This document shows positions 30,148 to 33,826 of a stretch of DNA of 33,826 nt, piece after piece. The position numbers and the translations under genes were made by a program. The stretch covers positions 1 through 33,826 of the forward strand of contig JAITJU010000181.1 of NCBI GenBank assembly GCA_031278735.1. The letters are read 5' to 3'. Below the pieces are notes generated by a model. That model searched no databases. It was not told where the DNA came from and saw only the letters and a program-made list of their open reading frames with translations. Every line of letters starts with the position of its first letter. Positions within the stretch are counted from its first letter, which is position 1. This DNA comes from Zoogloeaceae bacterium. GTDB lineage: Bacteria; Pseudomonadota; Gammaproteobacteria; Burkholderiales; Rhodocyclaceae.

Positions 30148-32787
30148 TCATGAAACGCAGGCGCCATGCCGGGAAAGCGCAAGCGAAAATCGCGCTTTGC
30201 GCGTGGGTGTCCACAATGGCCAAAGGGCTGCCGTCTGGCAGCAGAGGGCGGCGATGTAAGGCAAGGCTTCAAGGACGAGGACGACGATCCAGACGCCGAC
30301 GGCGGGTTCGGCAAGGCCGTCGCGCGTGTGCAGCAGGGCGCCGATGGCGAGAAGCAGCGCGGCAAGCAGGCCGACTTCTTCGCGGATGGGCGCCAGGAAG
30401 GCGAAGCCGCTTTTTTGCTTCCAGGCTTTCGGCGTGACCACGAATTTGCCCTTGCCCTTGAAAAGCCCCGCGAAAATGCCGCGCGCGATGGTGTGCGCTA
30501 TGCCGTTGGAGAGGACGGAAGCGCCGAGGATATCGCGCCACGGGCATTGCATGGCGCGACGGTAGAGCAAGGGGCCGAGCGCGGCCTTGCAGGCCATGAA
30601 GCCCAACATGGGCACGACCAGCAAGGTCACGGGCAGACCGAAAGACTGGGGCGCGACAAGCATCAAAAGCGTCCAGGCGAGCGAAGCGAAGACAAACAGG
30701 AGTTGCAGGGCGTCGCCAAACCAGGAAAACCAGCCGGTGAGAAAATGATAGCGCTGCGCAAGCGTGAGTTTGCCGGGACAGACGAGGCCGGAAAAGTGCG
30801 CCTTCAGAATCTGCATGGCGCCGAAGGCCCAGCGAAAACGCTGCGCCTTCAGGGCGGCAAAATCAGCGGGCGTCAGGCCGCGCCCGAAAACGTGATCGAC
30901 ATAGCGCATGTCATGACCCTGGCGCAGCAGACGCAGGCCGAGTTCAGAATCCTCGCAGATGCACGCTTCCGACCAGCCGCCCGATTCGGTCAGCGCCGCC
31001 TTGCGGATCAGCGTCATGGTGCCATGCTGGATCAGGGCGTTGCGTTCGTTGCGGTGGTGCATCCCGATGCGGAAGAAACCGTCGAATTCATGGTTGCACA
31101 TGCGCCGGAAAATTTTTCCCTGCCAGTCGCGGTGCGCCTGCGGCGCCTGCACCACGGCAACATCCGGCGCTTCGACGAAGTGCGGCGCGAGACAGGACAG
31201 CCAGTCGGCTTCAACCACATAATCCGCGTCGACCACGCCGACGATTTCCGCCTTGGCGTTGGTTTGCCGCAGGGCAAAATTCAAGGCGCCCGCCTTGAAT
31301 CCCGGCCAGGGCGCGAGGTGATGGAAATGAAAATTCGCCCCCATGCCCGCCACGTGCTCCTGCACCGGCTTCCACAGCGACTCGTCGGCGGTATTGTTGT
31401 CGATGACCAGCACCTCGAAATTGCGGTAGCGCATGCGCGCCAGACTTTCCAGCGTCTCGATCACCATTTCCGGCGGTTCGTTGCAGCAGGCCAGATGAAT
31501 GGAAACGAAAGGCTCCTGCGCGGGCGGCAGCGCGGGCAACGGCGTGAAGCGGCGCTTCCACTGGCGCTTGAAGAACATTTCGCCGAATTCGTAGCTCTGG
31601 GTCAGCAATACGGCAATGGTGAGCAGCATCGCGGCAATGAGCAGCGTCAGCGCGACGAGATCGCGCTGACTCAGGTAATAGGCTTCCGGGATGTGGGCGC
31701 CCAGCACCAGCGCCACGACACATGCCTGCACCAGCGCGGCCAGCCACAACCGACCGGCAAAACGCCAGTTGCCCAGCAGGAAGGCGATGAAGAACATGGG
31801 GAAAAAGGCGTAGCGAAAGGCGTTCCAGGCTTTTTCCCACCAGCGGACGTCAGGCGGCAACGCGCCCTCCAGAGGGAATTTCGCTTCCCGGTCGGCCTGG
31901 AACATGCCCCAATACGCGCCGTCCCAGCCCTGTAATTCCATTTTCCAGGGCTGATCGATGGCTTCCATGAGGAAATAATCGAGCTTTGCCGCGCGCTCGT
32001 GCGCGAGAAAACCGCGGATGAATTGCGCCTGATTGGCGGGCGAAGGCACGGCGGCCTCGTAGATGTCGCCATGACTGGGCCAGCCGATTTCGCCAATGAC
32101 AATCTTTTTGCCGGGGTACGTCTTGCGCAGTTCATCGTACCGCAGCAGGGCGTAATCCAGCGCGTCTTCCACCGCCACGCCTTCGTGATAGGGCAGAAGA
32201 TGCGCGGTGATGAAATCCGCCTGTCTGGCCAGTTCCGGGTTTTGCAGCCAGATTTTCCAGGGTTCGGCGGTGGAAACCGGCTTTTTCGTGGCCTTTTTGA
32301 CGCGCTTCATGAGGGCGATCAACTCGTCCGCCGTCAAGTCCTTGCGTTCCAGCGTTTCGTTGCCGACGATGCTTTGCGTCACGTGCGCGTGGCGACGCGC
32401 GATCTCGATGCCGGCGGCGACTTCGCGCGCGTTTTTTCCCGCGTCCCTATCTAGCCAGATGCCGTTGCTGACCTTGATCTTGCGCGCCCCGGCCAGCGGC
32501 GCGATGGCGGTGTTTTCCAGACTGCTGTAAGTGCGCAGGCGGCGCGTGTAGCGCGCCAGCAGGTCGAGGTCGTCCGCCAGTTCCTCCACGCTCGGATATT
32601 CTCCGGCGAAGGGGCTTTGTCCGCGCTGAAAACCGGCATAGGCAAATCCCTTGATGGGTGTGCCGGCATCGGCGACATCCAGATTTTTGTTCGCCCATTC
32701 CCAGATGGCGTATTGAGCCGAAGCGACAAAGGCGGCGATGATGAGGGAGGTCAGAAGCCTGTAGAGAAAGCGGGAAAAACGTAGCAT
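30148..32787 (-). CDS. NdvB-like GH17 + GT2 membrane beta-glucan synthase (cyclic beta-1,3-glucan candidate)
   Basis: Periplasmic GH17-like domain (VGNE, STAEPW, HLLPY, IGEIGWPS, EA.DQPWK), TM helices, GT2 domain (FKAGALN, VVDAD, CED, QRFRW), C-terminal TM helices. Extended -10 TGTCATAAT at 32840-32848. Alternative start 32820. Confidence 0.88.
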   Translation of the reverse strand: MLRFSRFLYRLLTSLIIAAFVASAQYAIWEWANKNLDVADAGTPIKGFAYAGFQRGQSPFAGEYPSVEELADDLDLLARYTRRLRTYSSLENTAIAPLAGARKIKVSNGIWLDRDAGKNAREVAAGIEIARRHAHVTQSIVGNETLERKDLTADELIALMKRVKKATKKPVSTAEPWKIWLQNPELARQADFITAHLLPYHEGVAVEDALDYALLRYDELRKTYPGKKIVIGEIGWPSHGDIYEAAVPSPANQAQFIRGFLAHERAAKLDYFLMEAIDQPWKMELQGWDGAYWGMFQADREAKFPLEGALPPDVRWWEKAWNAFRYAFFPMFFIAFLLGNWRFAGRLWLAALVQACVVALVLGAHIPEAYYLSQRDLVALTLLIAAMLLTIAVLLTQSYEFGEMFFKRQWKRRFTPLPALPPAQEPFVSIHLACCNEPPEMVIETLESLARMRYRNFEVLVIDNNTADESLWKPVQEHVAGMGANFHFHHLAPWPGFKAGALNFALRQTNAKAEIVGVVDADYVVEADWLSCLAPHFVEAPDVAVVQAPQAHRDWQGKIFRRMCNHEFDGFFRIGMHHRNERNALIQHGTMTLIRKAALTESGGWSEACICEDSELGLRLLRQGHDMRYVDHVFGRGLTPADFAALKAQRFRWAFGAMQILKAHFSGLVCPGKLTLAQRYHFLTGWFSWFGDALQLLFVFASLAWTLLMLVAPQSFGLPVTLLVVPMLGFMACKAALGPLLYRRAMQCPWRDILGASVLSNGIAHTIARGIFAGLFKGKGKFVVTPKAWKQKSGFAFLAPIREEVGLLAALLLAIGALLHTRDGLAEPAVGVWIVVLVLEALPYIAALCCQTAALWPLWTPTRKARFSLALSRHGACVS

Positions 32788-32931
32788 GGCTGCCGTTTGC
32801 GGAAAAACGCTTCCGCGCATTCATGAGTGGGTTGTTGAAATTATGACACTTCTGGGCGCTGCGGGGCGCGCGGCATCACATTCGCTTACAATCTGTTCCG
32901 CGCTGATTGACGTTTTTCGCGGGACGCGCGC

Positions 32932-33826
32932 TCATCCTGCGGCGCGTTCATGCCAACGCGGGCGCTGTTCGTCGGCTGGACGCCTGTCGTCCGCGAGCAT
33001 CCGGGGGAGATGGAAGAAGAGATGTTCGTCCGCGCCCCTGATTTCTTCGATTTGGCTTTCCTGCTGGTTTTGGCGGGCGTATTGCCGCAGGTAGGCGACG
33101 ACTTCCGCAACCAGAACTTCCGGCGCGGAAGCGCCGGCGGTAACGCCAATGCGCCGCTTGCCGACGATCCAGGCGGGATCGATTTCATCCGCGGTATTCA
33201 CCAGATGCGCGGCAATGCCCAGACTGGCGGCGACTTCGCGCAGGCGGCGGGAGTTGGAGCTTTTGGGGCTGCCCACCACCAGCGCCAGATCGCAACGCGC
33301 CGCCAGCAGCTTGACCGCGTCCTGACGGTTCTGGGTGGCGTAGCAGACGTCATCCTTGCGCGGCCCCTGAATGTCTGGAAAGCGCCGTTTCAGGGCGGCA
33401 ACGATTTGTCCGGCCTCTTCCACGGAAAGCGTGGTCTGGGTCACGAAAGACAGCGCCTCGGGCTTCGTGACGGCGAGGTTTGCGACATCCGTTTCCTTTT
33501 CCACGAGATGCATGCCGATGTCGCTCTGTCCCATCGTGCCTTCGACTTCCGGGTGTCCTCCGTGGCCGATCATCACGACTTCGCGTTCCTGGGCGCGCAT
33601 CTTGTGGACTTCGAGATGCACCTTGGTCACCAGGGGGCAGGTGGCGTCGATGACGTTCAGGCCGCGCTTCGCCGCCGCGTCGCGCACCGCTCTGGCGACG
33701 CCGTGGGCGCTGAAAATCAGGGTGCCGCCGGGCGGCGCTTCCTCCACTTCCTCAATGAAGATCGCGCCTTTCGTCCGCAGCGTGTCGCAGACGAAAGGGT
33801 TGTGCACGACTTCGTGACGCACATAG
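32932..33826 (-). CDS. ispH: 4-hydroxy-3-methylbut-2-enyl diphosphate reductase (5' end outside window)
   Basis: HEVVHN, FSAHGV, DATCPLVTKVH, HPEVEG, TQTT, CYATQNRQ, SSNS, TAGASAPE. Confidence 0.96.
   Translation of the reverse strand, partial: YVRHEVVHNPFVCDTLRTKGAIFIEEVEEAPPGGTLIFSAHGVARAVRDAAAKRGLNVIDATCPLVTKVHLEVHKMRAQEREVVMIGHGGHPEVEGTMGQSDIGMHLVEKETDVANLAVTKPEALSFVTQTTLSVEEAGQIVAALKRRFPDIQGPRKDDVCYATQNRQDAVKLLAARCDLALVVGSPKSSNSRRLREVAASLGIAAHLVNTADEIDPAWIVGKRRIGVTAGASAPEVLVAEVVAYLRQYARQNQQESQIEEIRGADEHLFFHLPRMLADDRRPADEQRPRWHERAAG

Noticed and set aside
30166-31935. 589-aa plus-strand ORF
   Set aside because: Antisense shadow of the glucan synthase.

Overview
GC-rich bacterial chromosome segment. 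Gene order and protein sequences suggest a betaproteobacterium, probably Rhodocyclales-like (inference). Most of it is housekeeping: ilvD, parE, nnr, LMW-PTP, mltD, serS, yciB, a PpiC-type PPIase, ilvB-ilvN-ilvC-psd-pssA, tusA, tRNA-Arg(ACG), HU, dinB and a partial ispH. The accessory or unexpected parts are: (1) a 1425-aa fused PlsA/Ger-type protein (anaerobic plasmalogen/ether-lipid synthase architecture); (2) a co-oriented tusA, NrdG-like radical-SAM and double-zinc-ribbon membrane Ser/Thr kinase module with no glycyl-radical partner in the window; (3) a Rieske oxygenase resembling putrescine 2-hydroxylase behind a leader with mutually exclusive pairings; (4) an NdvB-like GH17-GT2 glucan synthase; (5) an orphan, frameshifted nqrF 5' end, missed by the ORF track, next to a probable IS481 remnant. 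No CRISPR array, rRNA or intact mobile element was seen. All family assignments come from motif recognition, not from database searches.
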